64,000 nt of DNA from an uncultured delta proteobacterium (GCA_963789265.1 CAWBKB010000008.1:32001-96000); one strand, 5' to 3'; shown: positions 39,799 through 49,800, counted from the stretch's first letter. Notes: generated by a model from the letters alone, not told the origin. Made by a program: numbers and translations.

Positions 39799-41720
39799 GT
39801 GCGCCAGGCAAAGCTTGGCGTCTCTTACTGGGTGAGAGTCCCTGTCGGGTAAGGTCTAACCAGCCACCCGTATCGAGTGTTGCGGATATTTGGGAGGATG
39901 CAATTTAGAGCAAACGAACGAAATATCCGAAGCGTACACAGAGAATCTTGTGGGCGGCAAGGGAGGCCGCATCTCCCTGAAGCGATTCAGCCTCGTTACC
40001 GCTGAGCAGTCGGCGACGATGTTACCATATCGGAAGCCAGCATAGAGGGATCGTTATCGGTGAGATCCCCGAGGGGCTGCCGGGGTCAGAGAGCGTGGCA
40101 CGCAGGAAGAGAGATATTAGGAACCTGGGAGGCCCCCCGGTCTCCCTCGCAAGAGGGTAGGGTGTACCAACCAAAAGGAGGCCACCCGATGGGCCGAAGG
40201 GAGTCAGATCGCTCCATCGTACTCTGAGGCGGGAGAGCCGGCCACAAGGGGAAGGGAGCGACGAGGCCGCGTAGCCTGCAAAGGAAACACGAACCGAACA
40301 AGGAGGATCGGACCAAGCCGTGCAAACCTCACTGCGGGGAATAGCAAACAAGGCAGCCAAGCAACAGAAGCATCGATTCGGCAACCTCTACGAGTTGCTC
40401 AACGAGGAGAATCTACGATGGTGCTGGCAGTTTCTTCGGAAAGAGGCGGCACCGGGAATAGACAGAGTGGATTATGCCGAGTACCAGGCTGAGCTGGCCT
40501 CCAGTATCCATGACCTCGTTGGCCGCCTGAAGGGGAAGCGGTATCGAGCCAGATTGGTTCGTAGGCATTACATTCCCAAACTCAATGGGAAGCTTCGTCC
40601 GTTAGGGATACCGACTACTGAGGATAAGCTGCTGCAGCTTGCGGTAGCCAAGATCCTGGAGGCCATTTACGAGCAGGACTTTCTCGATTGCAGTTATGGG
40701 TATCGTCCGGGTCGCAGCCCGCTCGATGCGGTAAAGCACCTCACGGATGAGCTGCAATATGGGAGGTACTGTTGGATCGTGGAAGCGGACATCAAGGGGT
40801 TCTTCGACAACATCGACCATGATTGGATGATTCGGATGCTGGGAGAGCGAATTGATGACAAGTCGTTTCTGCGTCTGATTCAAAAATGGCTCAAGGCAGG
40901 TATCTTAGATACGGACGGAGAGGTGATCCATCCGGCCACGGGCACACCTCAAGGTGGGATCGTGTCGCCGATCTTGGCCAACCTCTACCTGCATTATGCT
41001 CTGGACCTATGGTTTGAGACAAAGATCAAACCGGCCTGTCAGGGCAGCGCTTTGCTCATCCGCTTTGCGGATGATTTTGTCTGTGCGTTTCAGGATCGGA
41101 AGGATGCCGAGCTGTTCATGGAAGAGCTCGAGGCACGCCTGGGCAAATTCGGCCTGGAAACCGCTCCGGACAAGACGCGGCTGTTGCGGTTTTGTCGGTA
41201 TGATTTAGCTGGGAGCGGCCGGTTCGATTTTCTTGGGTTTGAGTTTCGCTGGGAAGAAGGCCGCAACGGGGGCCGCTTTGTGAAGCGCCGCACTTCGCGT
41301 AAGAAGCTGCGGGCCTCGCTAGCCAACTTTACGGACTGGATCAAGAAGGAGTGCCACCGGAGGACCGGTCGACTTTTCTCCACCCTCAACTCCAAGTATC
41401 GCGGATACTGGAACTACTACGGGGTGTTGGGGAATTCGGCAAGCCTTCAGCGCTTCTTTTACATCACCCAGCGGCTTCTCTTCAAATGGCTGAATCGTCG
41501 CAGTCAGCGCCGTAGTTACACCTGGGTCGGATTCAACGCCCTGGTTAACTACTATGGGGTAGAGCAGCCACGCATCACCGAACGTGCCAGACCAGTGCAA
41601 TTGGCCCTTCTGTGATCGCTGTCAGTGCGGAAGCGAGCGGCCTTGAGGAGCCCGGTGCGGGAATAGCGCACGCCGGGATCTGTGAGGGGGCCGGCGGGCA
41701 ACCGGCGGTCCTACCTTGAT
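39799..41720 (+). mobile_element. Group II intron, apparently complete
   Basis: 5' GTGCG at 39799; domain V gagcccggtgcgggaatagcgcacgccgggatc; domain VI ending ctaccttgat at 41720; RT/maturase ORF inside. Confidence 0.92.
40320..41615 (+). CDS. ltrA: Group II intron reverse transcriptase/maturase without endonuclease domain
   Basis: APGID, LRPLGIP, SYGYRPGRS, ADIKGFFDNI, GTPQGG, RFADD, FDFLGF, domain X RGYWNYY; no HNH tail. Confidence 0.95.
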   Translation: MQTSLRGIANKAAKQQKHRFGNLYELLNEENLRWCWQFLRKEAAPGIDRVDYAEYQAELASSIHDLVGRLKGKRYRARLVRRHYIPKLNGKLRPLGIPTTEDKLLQLAVAKILEAIYEQDFLDCSYGYRPGRSPLDAVKHLTDELQYGRYCWIVEADIKGFFDNIDHDWMIRMLGERIDDKSFLRLIQKWLKAGILDTDGEVIHPATGTPQGGIVSPILANLYLHYALDLWFETKIKPACQGSALLIRFADDFVCAFQDRKDAELFMEELEARLGKFGLETAPDKTRLLRFCRYDLAGSGRFDFLGFEFRWEEGRNGGRFVKRRTSRKKLRASLANFTDWIKKECHRRTGRLFSTLNSKYRGYWNYYGVLGNSASLQRFFYITQRLLFKWLNRRSQRRSYTWVGFNALVNYYGVEQPRITERARPVQLALL

Positions 41721-41781
41721 TAAAAAGTAGTGACCGATATCGCAAATGACTCGGTGAGGACGGAAGTCTTGCCGGGATCAG

Positions 41782-42043
41782 GGTAGGGTGGCCCGTGGCC
41801 GCCGTCCCGCGCGTCGGGCATTCGCGTTAAGTTAAGGCAATTTCGTTCCTTTTCGGGAGGTCCGTGCAGGCCGAGCACGATCAAAGTCCCCCTTTTATAA
41901 AGGGGGATTTAGGGGGATTTTCAAGTAGTTATCCCAAAATCCCCCCTGGCCCCCCTTTACGAAAGGGGGGAACCCCCGCGTCTCGCCGGGTTAAGTTAAC
42001 GCCGTCCCGCGCGTCGGGGGATCGGGCATTGCCCGATCTACCC
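41782..42043. repeat. Nested palindromic repeats
   Basis: gccgtcccgcgcgtcggg at 41801 and 42001 flanks a gcgttaagttaa...ttaagttaacgc element containing the aaagtccccc...aagggggattt hairpin. Confidence 0.7.
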
Positions 42044-42052
42044 TCGGTCATT

Positions 42053-43507
42053 TCATCCCGTAAGGCATGGATGACGCGCAGCTTCCACCTCATCCATCCT
42101 TCTTACCTTGCATTTTGACGGAGCCCCGCGCAGAAGTTCCGGGTTTTCCTTTGCCTCCCTCGCAATCGCCTTCAATGCGTCAACAAACTGGTCCAAGTCC
42201 TCTTTTGATTCCGTCTCGGTCGGTTCAATCATTATCGCTCCGCTCACAACCAGCGGAAAGTAAATCGTCGGCGGATGATAACCGTAGTCCATGAGGCGCT
42301 TGGCAATATCCATGGTGCTGACTCCGCTCTCCTTCTGGAATTTGTCGGAAAATACGCACTCATGCATGCAAGGTCTGTCATACGGGAGATACAGCACGCC
42401 TTTGAGCTTCTCCTTTATGTAATTTGCATTCAGCACGGCAAGTTGGCTGGCCCTGGTCAGTTCACGGCCCATACTCAGTATGTAGCTGTAGGCCTTTATC
42501 ATGACCCCGAAGTTGCCGTAAAACGCATGCAGTTTCCCTATAGACTCCGGAAATTCCTCTGACAGCACGAACCCTTCCCTGGCCCGGATCACTCGAGGGA
42601 TCGGTAAGAACCGCTCCAGGCTCTTCTTTACGCAAATCGGTCCTGAACCCGGCCCACCGCTGCCGTGCGGCGTCGAAAAGGTCTTGTGCAAGTTCAGATG
42701 TTGAATATCAATCCCCATGTCACCCGAACTCACTATGCCCATAACCGCGTTCATATTTGCGCCGTCGCAATAGACAAGCCCGCCTCTTGAGTGAACTACT
42801 TCCGCTATTTCTCTTATGTTTTCTTCGAACAGGCCGAGCGTATTGGGATTTGTGACCATGATTCCGGCGACGTCGTCGTCCATGACACGGGCAATGGTTT
42901 CTGTGGATAGAATGCCCTGTTCGTTGGATTTCACATTTACGGGGCGAAATCCACAAAGGGCTGCACTGGCCGGATTGGTGCCGTGCGCAGTGTCCGGAAC
43001 TATGATTTTGGAGCGTGCTGAGCCCTTGCTCCTGTGATAAGCAGAAATGATGAGCATCCCGGCCAGTTCCCCTTGCGCGCCGGCAGCCGGTTGCACGGAG
43101 ACCGCGTCCATGCCGGTGATTTCCGCCAAAAGCCTCTCAAGATCGGAAATCAGTCTGAGGGCCCCTTGTGACAAAGGAGTCGGCAACAATGGATGTGCCG
43201 CGGCAAACCCCGGTCGGCTCGCTTGTTTCTCGTTGACCTTGGGGTTGTATTTCATGGTGCATGAGCCGAGAGGGTACATTCCGCTATCGACTCCAAAGTT
43301 CCACTGAGAGAGCCTGGTGTAGTGGCGAACTACCTCCACTTCGCTCAGGTCGGGGAAGTCCGGAGGCTCGCCAACAAGCTCCTCCGGCACCGGTGACTCC
43401 TCGACGTCTCGCCTCGGCAGGCTCATTCCGGATCTGCCTTTTCTTCCTCGCTCCCAGAGCAGCGGTTGGTCCAGTATCAATCCTGTGCGGCCCGGAAATT
43501 CTTTCAT
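42053..43507 (-). CDS. gcvPB: Glycine dehydrogenase (decarboxylating) subunit 2
   Basis: YPLGSCTMKYNP, HGTNPASA, HLNLHKTFSTPHG, MIEPTETE; start ATG 43507 (or 43516). Confidence 0.95.
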   Translation of the reverse strand: MKEFPGRTGLILDQPLLWERGRKGRSGMSLPRRDVEESPVPEELVGEPPDFPDLSEVEVVRHYTRLSQWNFGVDSGMYPLGSCTMKYNPKVNEKQASRPGFAAAHPLLPTPLSQGALRLISDLERLLAEITGMDAVSVQPAAGAQGELAGMLIISAYHRSKGSARSKIIVPDTAHGTNPASAALCGFRPVNVKSNEQGILSTETIARVMDDDVAGIMVTNPNTLGLFEENIREIAEVVHSRGGLVYCDGANMNAVMGIVSSGDMGIDIQHLNLHKTFSTPHGSGGPGSGPICVKKSLERFLPIPRVIRAREGFVLSEEFPESIGKLHAFYGNFGVMIKAYSYILSMGRELTRASQLAVLNANYIKEKLKGVLYLPYDRPCMHECVFSDKFQKESGVSTMDIAKRLMDYGYHPPTIYFPLVVSGAIMIEPTETESKEDLDQFVDALKAIAREAKENPELLRGAPSKCKVRRMDEVEAARHPCLTG

Positions 43508-43508
43508 T

Positions 43509-43630
43509 GTATGCATTCAGTTACAGCCGGAATTTGCGAGTGGCTTCGTAGGGTGGGCTTTCTAGCCCGCCATTGAACGGGAGTTTCCCCGGCAGGCTGG
43601 AAGGCCTGCCCCACAAGACTGAATGGTTAC
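43509..43630. mobile_element. 122-bp MITE with 8-bp target site duplication
   Basis: IRs gtatgcattcag / ctgaatggttac; CTTTCATT at 43501-43508 and 43631-43638. Confidence 0.85.
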
Positions 43631-43633
43631 CTT

Positions 43634-44965
43634 TCATTCGGTTATCTCCTTGACCAAAGCTTCCATGTCCGCCCTGGACCTGGTTTCGGTAACGCACAAC
43701 AGATAGTGATTGGGCAGTTCGGGATAGTAAGGGGCCAAAGAGATCCCGGCGATGATTCTTTTCTCCAGCAAACGTTGGTAAGTGAATTCAAATCCGGACG
43801 GAAATTCCACCACGAATTCGTTGAAGGTAGGACTGGAAAATGCCGGCTTCAAACCTGCTCTCGCAAGCCCTCGCTTGAGATACTCCGACTTGTCATAGTT
43901 CAGCTTAGCCAGTGCTCTTATTCCGGTTCCGCCGAGAGACGCCATGTACATGGCCGCGGCCAGAGCGCACAGGCTGCCGTTGGTGCAAATGTTGGACGTG
44001 GCTTTTTCCCTGCGGATGTGCTGCTCACGGGTGGCAAGAGTAAGCACGAATCCTCTCTCGCCGCCCATATCCTTTCCCAGACCCACAAGTCGCCCCGGCA
44101 TACTGCGCACATACTGCATATTGCTCGCGAACATGCCCAGTCCAGGGCCGCCGAAAGATTGGGGAATGCCGAAACTTTGGCCTTCTCCGCAAGCTATGTC
44201 CGCTCCTTGACTTCCCGGACTTTTGAGCAGGCCGTAAGCCAGAGGCTCGGAAAAGCAGACAACAAACAGTGCCCCTTTTCCATGAGCAATCTCACTATTC
44301 GGCTTAAGATCTTCGATACAACCGAAGAAATTCGGCGACTGAACCGCGACGGCTGCAAGTTCGTCATGTCCTCTCAGCCCTGAAAAGTCGGTCCTGCCGT
44401 CTTGCAGGTAATCAAGCTCCACCAACTCATAACCAGACGAGGAGAAATAGGTTTTGACCACCTGCCCGTAAAACGGATGGACCGCGCGAGATATTGCTAC
44501 TCTGTGTCGGCGGGTTATTCTTATGGCCATGAGCAGCGCTTCCGCCAGTGCAGAGGCGCCGTCATACAAAGATGCGTTGGCGGTTTCCATGCCAAGCAGC
44601 CTGGCCACAAGAGTCTGATACTCATAAATGGCCTGAAGCGTTCCTTGACTCATTTCCGGCTGGTACGGCGTATAAGCTGTTACGAATTCCGACCTCGCAA
44701 GCAGTTGAATCACCGATTCCGGAATATAGTGCTCGTAACTGCCCGCGCCTACAAAGACCTTGAAATCCGGAGATACTGCCATGCTAGCGGCCAGCGTCTC
44801 AAGATGATCCTTCAGTTCCCACTCTGTCATGGGTTCCGGGAGATTGAGGCCGCTCGTGCGGCGGCACCCCGGAGGAACGGTCGAGTGGAGGTCTTCCAGC
44901 GTCGCAACGCCTACGACCTCCAACATTTCCGCGATATCTTCCGCCGTGTGCGGCAAGTAACGCAT
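43634..44965 (-). CDS. gcvPA: Glycine dehydrogenase (decarboxylating) subunit 1
   Basis: MRYLPHT, TAYTPYQPE.SQG.LQ, NASLYDG, REQHIRREKATSNICTN. Confidence 0.96.
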   Translation of the reverse strand: MRYLPHTAEDIAEMLEVVGVATLEDLHSTVPPGCRRTSGLNLPEPMTEWELKDHLETLAASMAVSPDFKVFVGAGSYEHYIPESVIQLLARSEFVTAYTPYQPEMSQGTLQAIYEYQTLVARLLGMETANASLYDGASALAEALLMAIRITRRHRVAISRAVHPFYGQVVKTYFSSSGYELVELDYLQDGRTDFSGLRGHDELAAVAVQSPNFFGCIEDLKPNSEIAHGKGALFVVCFSEPLAYGLLKSPGSQGADIACGEGQSFGIPQSFGGPGLGMFASNMQYVRSMPGRLVGLGKDMGGERGFVLTLATREQHIRREKATSNICTNGSLCALAAAMYMASLGGTGIRALAKLNYDKSEYLKRGLARAGLKPAFSSPTFNEFVVEFPSGFEFTYQRLLEKRIIAGISLAPYYPELPNHYLLCVTETRSRADMEALVKEITE

Positions 44966-45370
44966 CTATTCAAGCCCTCCCAACATTTCCCGGTAGACGT
45001 TGGCCGTTACGAGATCCTCCATCTCTTCCGGATGCTCGGGTTTAATCTCGATGATCCAGCCCGCGCCGTAGGGATCGGTGTTGATAAGCTCGGGAGATTC
45101 CGCCAGGTCTGTGTTCACCGCCAGGATTTCCCCACCTACCGGCATGAACAGCTCCGACACCGCCTTGACGGATTCCACGACTCCGAATTGCTCACCCTTG
45201 CGCAATTCATCACCCGGGTTGGGCAGCTCCACAAAAGTCAGCTCCCCCAGTTGGTCTTGAGCGTAATCCGTAATGCCGACTCTAACGTTATCACCTTCCT
45301 GCTTGACCCACTCATGGGTCTGAGCATAACGAACATTATCAGGCAGGTTGAATTCCTCGATCTCCTTCAA
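44966..45370 (-). CDS. gcvH: Glycine cleavage system H protein
   Basis: HEWV, VGITDYAQDQLG, lipoyl lysine in VESVKA, INTDPYGAGW; probable TTG start at 45370 after GGAG. Confidence 0.95.
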   Translation of the reverse strand: MKEIEEFNLPDNVRYAQTHEWVKQEGDNVRVGITDYAQDQLGELTFVELPNPGDELRKGEQFGVVESVKAVSELFMPVGGEILAVNTDLAESPELINTDPYGAGWIIEIKPEHPEEMEDLVTANVYREMLGGLE

Positions 45371-45384
45371 GGTTCCTACTCCTT

Positions 45385-46668
45385 TCACCGCATCATTTCT
45401 TGAATAGGACGCCGCGCGGAACGGTCCGGGCGGATGTCTTCGACAATCATAACCTTGATTCGGCGCCGGTTGTCCTTTAATTCCACTTCCCGGCCTGCAA
45501 CCAGTCGCGACCGAACTTTGACAAAACCGCAGCTTAGCCCCCTGGCTTTGAAATTGTCGGGTTTCGTAGGGCTGGCCATGCTGTAAATCGCACCATTGTA
45601 CCTGGCGATGGACATGTCGCTAACACAAGTCAAAACGACTCCGATCTCATTGCCGTCCGAATCAAGGACAACAGCCCGATCGTGTATTGACACTTTTCGA
45701 GGATCGTATCCCACAAAAGCGTAAGTGTGCTCAGCCTTATCTCTTAGTTCAAGGACCCTGTCGCCAATAAACATTTTGGTGAATGCGGTGCGATTCTCGT
45801 TGTACGGCAAGGCGAAGAACCAAGGGTGATTGATGAATGGCCAAGGCCCGATATCCTGGTGAGAAAGGGGCAGGCAAGCGCCGGTTCTAAGAGAATCTCT
45901 AGCGGCAAGACCGCAAGGAAGCACTCCGAGATCCCGGCCCGCGTTCCATATCGTGTCCCACGCCCGCGGAACGTGTTCACGGTTGACGAATATTTCGAAG
46001 CCGAATTCCCCTGTGTATCCGGTTCGCGAGAGCAAAATAGGCGTGCCGTCTTTCAGAACTGTTTCTGCGCTCCGAGGCTCGGCCTCGAAATTTCCTTTGA
46101 AGCTGAAGTATGCCATATCTTTCAAGACGTTTTTCGGGTTTCTAAGCGCTTTTATTAATGCTTTGGCTGACAACGGTCCTTGAAGGTCAATTTTGCCCAC
46201 GGTCTCTGACATTTCGGCTATGCTGACCTCCAAGCCTTCGGCGTGAGCCCGAAGATGGTCCGCTATTATGGTTCCCATACCTGCGTTGACGACTGTAATA
46301 TAATTTGCGGTTCCCGTCTGATACACGATCGCGTCATCTATGGCCCAACCCTGCTCATCCAAGTAAGCTCCATAAACGCATCGGCCCGGACTCAGGGGCG
46401 CCCTGTTTCTTCCCACGCAAGCATTCAGGTCTTTTGTGAAGCAAAGTTGGAGCAAGTCAAAAGATCCCGGTCCGCTGATCGTGACCGCGGACATGTGGCT
46501 GGTGTCGAACATCCCCGCGTTGGTAATATTGATCTGATGTTCGGTGACCCCTCCAGAAGGATACCACAGCGGCATGCTCCAACCCGCGAATGTGCCCATT
46601 TTGGCTCCATGAGCGAGATGCCAAGGATAAAGCGGGGTCTTCTTTGCTTCTTCGTCTGCTTCGTGCAT
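45385..46668 (-). CDS. gcvT: Glycine cleavage system T protein (aminomethyltransferase)
   Basis: KKTPL, FAGWSMP, FDTSHM, LQGP, SRTGYTGEFGFE, GLAARDSLR; operon context. Confidence 0.92.
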   Translation of the reverse strand: MHEADEEAKKTPLYPWHLAHGAKMGTFAGWSMPLWYPSGGVTEHQINITNAGMFDTSHMSAVTISGPGSFDLLQLCFTKDLNACVGRNRAPLSPGRCVYGAYLDEQGWAIDDAIVYQTGTANYITVVNAGMGTIIADHLRAHAEGLEVSIAEMSETVGKIDLQGPLSAKALIKALRNPKNVLKDMAYFSFKGNFEAEPRSAETVLKDGTPILLSRTGYTGEFGFEIFVNREHVPRAWDTIWNAGRDLGVLPCGLAARDSLRTGACLPLSHQDIGPWPFINHPWFFALPYNENRTAFTKMFIGDRVLELRDKAEHTYAFVGYDPRKVSIHDRAVVLDSDGNEIGVVLTCVSDMSIARYNGAIYSMASPTKPDNFKARGLSCGFVKVRSRLVAGREVELKDNRRRIKVMIVEDIRPDRSARRPIQEMMR

Positions 46669-47018
46669 ACGGGTCGTCCAACACAATTATGTGTGGATCA
46701 GGATAACCGAATCCGAATGACAAATCTACCATTTACGCAGGCTGAAACCGGTCTCGCGACTTTCCATCACAATCGGAAGGGTTGCCGCTGAGCCTCGGTT
46801 CGTATAATCACGTCCGGTGAGACTGTTGTTATGGAGGCACAAATATGAAAAGATTTCCGGGCATAGGTTTCTTGCTTGCGATTTGCTGCGGATTGGTTTG
46901 GCCTGCCTTTGCGTGAAGTCTGTGAAATTATTCCGGCAGGTATTCTGGAACTGATCAATTTGCAGCAACAAGGTTTTGCTTACATCAAGCCGTAAATGCA
47001 TGTGTCGAAACGGTCCGC

Positions 47019-47522
47019 ATGATAGCAGCCGTGGACGTTCACTACCTTGATGCCGGTGCCACTGCGGCCGGAGTGCTCTTCAGCCGATGGGCTTCCGAAC
47101 GGCCCGCGGTCGAACTACGTGAATTGATCGAGGAAGTCGAGCCGTACGAGCCGGGGAGTTTTTACAGGCGTGAGCTGCCGTGCTTGCTGAAATTGCTGCG
47201 AGCAGTGAAACAGCAGGTTGAAACGATTATTGTGGACGGTTATGTTTGGCTCGGGCCTGGTAACAGGCCGGGGCTTGGGGCCCACCTGTACAAGGCCCTG
47301 GATGAACAGATCCCGGTAATCGGGGTCGCCAAAAGCCCATTCAAGGGAGCCGTCAACGCTCAACCGATCCTGCGGGGTAGGAGCCTAAAACCTCTGTACG
47401 TCACCGCGGCAGGCGTGGATGCGGGTCTTGCAGCAGAGAATATCAAGAGTATGCACGGACCGCACCGCATACCGACTCTGCTCAAAAGGGTAGATGAACT
47501 GTGTCGTGAGGCAAGCCCATGA
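47019..47522 (+). CDS. Endonuclease V family protein (short form)
   Basis: AVDVHY, YEPG.FYRRELP, IVDGY, GLGAHL, IGVAK, PLYV, RIP..L..VD. Confidence 0.85.
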   Translation: MIAAVDVHYLDAGATAAGVLFSRWASERPAVELRELIEEVEPYEPGSFYRRELPCLLKLLRAVKQQVETIIVDGYVWLGPGNRPGLGAHLYKALDEQIPVIGVAKSPFKGAVNAQPILRGRSLKPLYVTAAGVDAGLAAENIKSMHGPHRIPTLLKRVDELCREASP

Positions 47523-48037
47523 CCCCGAAGAATCTGCTCGTTACCGGGCCGCCCCGTTGCGGCAAATCCACTCTGATTGAAACGGTCGTTTCGAGAATCG
47601 ACGCTCCCTTAACTGGCTTCTTCACCTGCGAGATCAGAGAGAAAGGCCGGAGAGCGGGCTTCAAAATCGTCACGCTGGATGGCAGGGAAGGTGTGCTCGC
47701 TCACGAGAAGATCAAGGCCAAGGCGAGGGTAGGAAAATACCGAGTGAACCTTGTTGACCTTGACAAAATCGCAGTACCCTCGATGATCCCGTCAAGGCCC
47801 GATCAAATAGTGGTGATTGATGAGATCGGCAAGATGGAGTGCTTATCATCGCTCTTCCGCCAGACTTTGCTGCAAACGCTCGATTCGCCTAACAGGGTGA
47901 TCGGCTCCATAGCCCTGAAGGGCGGCCTATTCATTCGGGGGATTAAAACCCGCCGGGATGTGACGCTTATCGACATGATCGAGGACGATAGGGATGCGTT
48001 GGTGGATAATTTGGTCGCTATTTTGCTGTGCCGCTGA
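47519..48037 (+). CDS. Nucleoside-triphosphatase (THEP1/NTPase_1 family)
   Basis: TGPPRCGKST, GFFTCEIRE.G.R.GF, VGKY.V, IDEIGKME; ATGA overlap with the EndoV gene. Confidence 0.9.
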   Translation: MTPKNLLVTGPPRCGKSTLIETVVSRIDAPLTGFFTCEIREKGRRAGFKIVTLDGREGVLAHEKIKAKARVGKYRVNLVDLDKIAVPSMIPSRPDQIVVIDEIGKMECLSSLFRQTLLQTLDSPNRVIGSIALKGGLFIRGIKTRRDVTLIDMIEDDRDALVDNLVAILLCR

Positions 48038-48313
48038 TGGTCAATTTTGGTGATGGTGAAGGTGGCAGCACATCCTACGGGGCCTGGAATGCCGGAAATC
48101 GCAGGCTGGAAAGCCTGCGCCACAGATATAGACTATTGGGAATGCTCCTCTTCTGTGGGGTGGACTATCTAGTCCGCCAGATTTTACAGAGGAAAATGCA
48201 GAAATGATGCCTTGTTCTTATTAGCAGTTTCCTGTAGCGAGAGCTTGAAAATAAGGGCCTCGGAGATGGGGTCAGGTCCTTTTTTTTGACTTTTTCATTT
48301 CGGGCCATGTGGT

Positions 48314-48372
48314 CCTGCACACTGTGGGGTAATGGTTAACTCAATGCGCCGGGTTTTCCTAGTGCAAGAAAC
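48314..48372 (+). repeat. Copy A of a ~60-bp GG(A/G)GTAATGG...GCAAG element
   Basis: Aligns with 48893-48949 and 51528-51588. Confidence 0.55.
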
Positions 48373-48471
48373 AGGGCCGGCCACCTTCACTCGCCGGAAT
48401 TGGCAAGAATGGGGTATAATTCCGGTTGATTGATCGAAAGGGAATGGCAAATCTATTGAAAGGAGATCTGT

Positions 48472-48837
48472 ATGTTTGAAGTAAGTGAAGAGGCGTCGGA
48501 GAAGATACAACAGTTCCTGGAAGGACGCGAAGGACTTCAGGCCATCAGGGTCTTGATGACCGAAGGCGGTTGGAGAGGTCCATATCTCGTGATGGCTCTC
48601 GATGAGCAGAAAGAAGATGATGAGGTTTTCACGCAGAGAGGTGTGACGTATGTTATCGAAAAAGCCCTTTTTGAAAGGGCAAAACCCATACGTATCGGCT
48701 ATACTCACTCCACTTTGGGTTCAGGCTATACGCTGGAATCGGAACTCATGAAGGATGTGAAGGGTGTTAGCGTGGGATGTCACGACATTTTCAACAGTTG
48801 CGCTACAGCCACGTGTGAATGTGAACCTCAAGAATAA
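48472..48837 (+). CDS. HesB/IscA-like protein (non-Sec member of the HesB-like selenoprotein family)
   Basis: MFEVSEEA..KI, IRV...GGWRGPYL.MALDE.KEDD.VF...G.TYVI; RBS AGGAG. Confidence 0.8.
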   Translation: MFEVSEEASEKIQQFLEGREGLQAIRVLMTEGGWRGPYLVMALDEQKEDDEVFTQRGVTYVIEKALFERAKPIRIGYTHSTLGSGYTLESELMKDVKGVSVGCHDIFNSCATATCECEPQE

Positions 48838-48892
48838 GATAATAAGGAGTCAGTCCTTGTTTCCTGCGTTCTTCCTATCCCGGTCCATAATG

Positions 48893-48949
48893 CCGCACTC
48901 TACTGGAGTAATGGAGCCCGACAGGCGCGGCGATTTCCCCCCGGGCAAG
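48893..48949 (+). repeat. Copy B of the ~60-bp element
   Basis: tggagtaatggagcccgacaggcgcggcgat versus tggagtaatggagtctgacatgagcggcgat at 51539. Confidence 0.65.
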
Positions 48950-49095
48950 TGTGATACATCCTGATGATTCATTCTCAGTTTCTGAGACAGAGACTTTAAT
49001 ACGGTTGCGAAGGTATGCCGGCCGCGGCTACCAATCATTTGGCACTAGCGAAAGACCCTTTATAAAGGAACCCACCACTTGCGGAGGTAATCTTC

Positions 49096-49728
49096 ATGAC
49101 ACACAGCTTCCTTATCACAGTGCTATTCCCATTTGTGTTTGGCCTTATGGCTCTGTTCTTCTTAGTCATTGGGCTACGAGGCATCGTCCTCAAAAAGCCC
49201 TTTGTGATTTCGTCGCGGTGGATGCTCATTGTGGTGTTGCTCGGTTTCACGCCCTCAGTGATGATGTCGATACCGGCTTCGGGACTGGGTGATCACAGAG
49301 CACACGTGACGATTTTTCACTTGCTCATCCCGGCTGTCTTAATCATTGTGGGCATTTTCCTGTTTTTGGCTCTGAAGGGATACACAGCGTTCGGCATTAC
49401 CGATGTCTCCTTCCGAGAGGCACTGATGGCTGCCCTGACTAAACTTAATTTACCTTATGAGGAGACACTTGCCGCAGTAAAGCTGCCCACAATAGGCGCG
49501 GATCTTCAGGTGGCCGTCCAGTCCTGGATAGGGACCGGACAACTGAAGATGAAGCAACGACAATTCGGCACGGTATTGCGTAATATCGTAAGCGGAATGA
49601 ATGAGTACTTTCAGAGAGGTGAGAATCTAAAGGTGAATTTGACCTGCTGCATATTTTACGTCCTCATAGGAGTCTTTCTGCTAGTGCTCGCCGGCGTCTT
49701 CTTGTTCGCCTTCGGCAAAACGATTTGA
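49096..49728 (+). CDS. Hypothetical membrane protein (about four TM helices)
   Basis: 210 aa ORF, RBS GGAGG, hydrophobic segments. Confidence 0.75.
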   Translation: MTHSFLITVLFPFVFGLMALFFLVIGLRGIVLKKPFVISSRWMLIVVLLGFTPSVMMSIPASGLGDHRAHVTIFHLLIPAVLIIVGIFLFLALKGYTAFGITDVSFREALMAALTKLNLPYEETLAAVKLPTIGADLQVAVQSWIGTGQLKMKQRQFGTVLRNIVSGMNEYFQRGENLKVNLTCCIFYVLIGVFLLVLAGVFLFAFGKTI

Positions 49729-49800
49729 CACGATGCTCTCGCAACAGCGAGCCTTAGTCGCGAGGGTGTGCAAGCGTTTCGACTGGGGTGCCCTTGCGAT

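Noticed and set aside
40320..41615. RT as retron, DGR or CRISPR-associated RT
   Set aside because: Domain X, GTGCG start and domain V/VI ending in AT identify a group II intron; no template/variable repeat pair or cas1.
46669..47018. Glycine riboswitch upstream of gcvT
   Set aside because: I could not find the GGAGA...CCGAAG...CTCTCAGG aptamer core on the minus strand.
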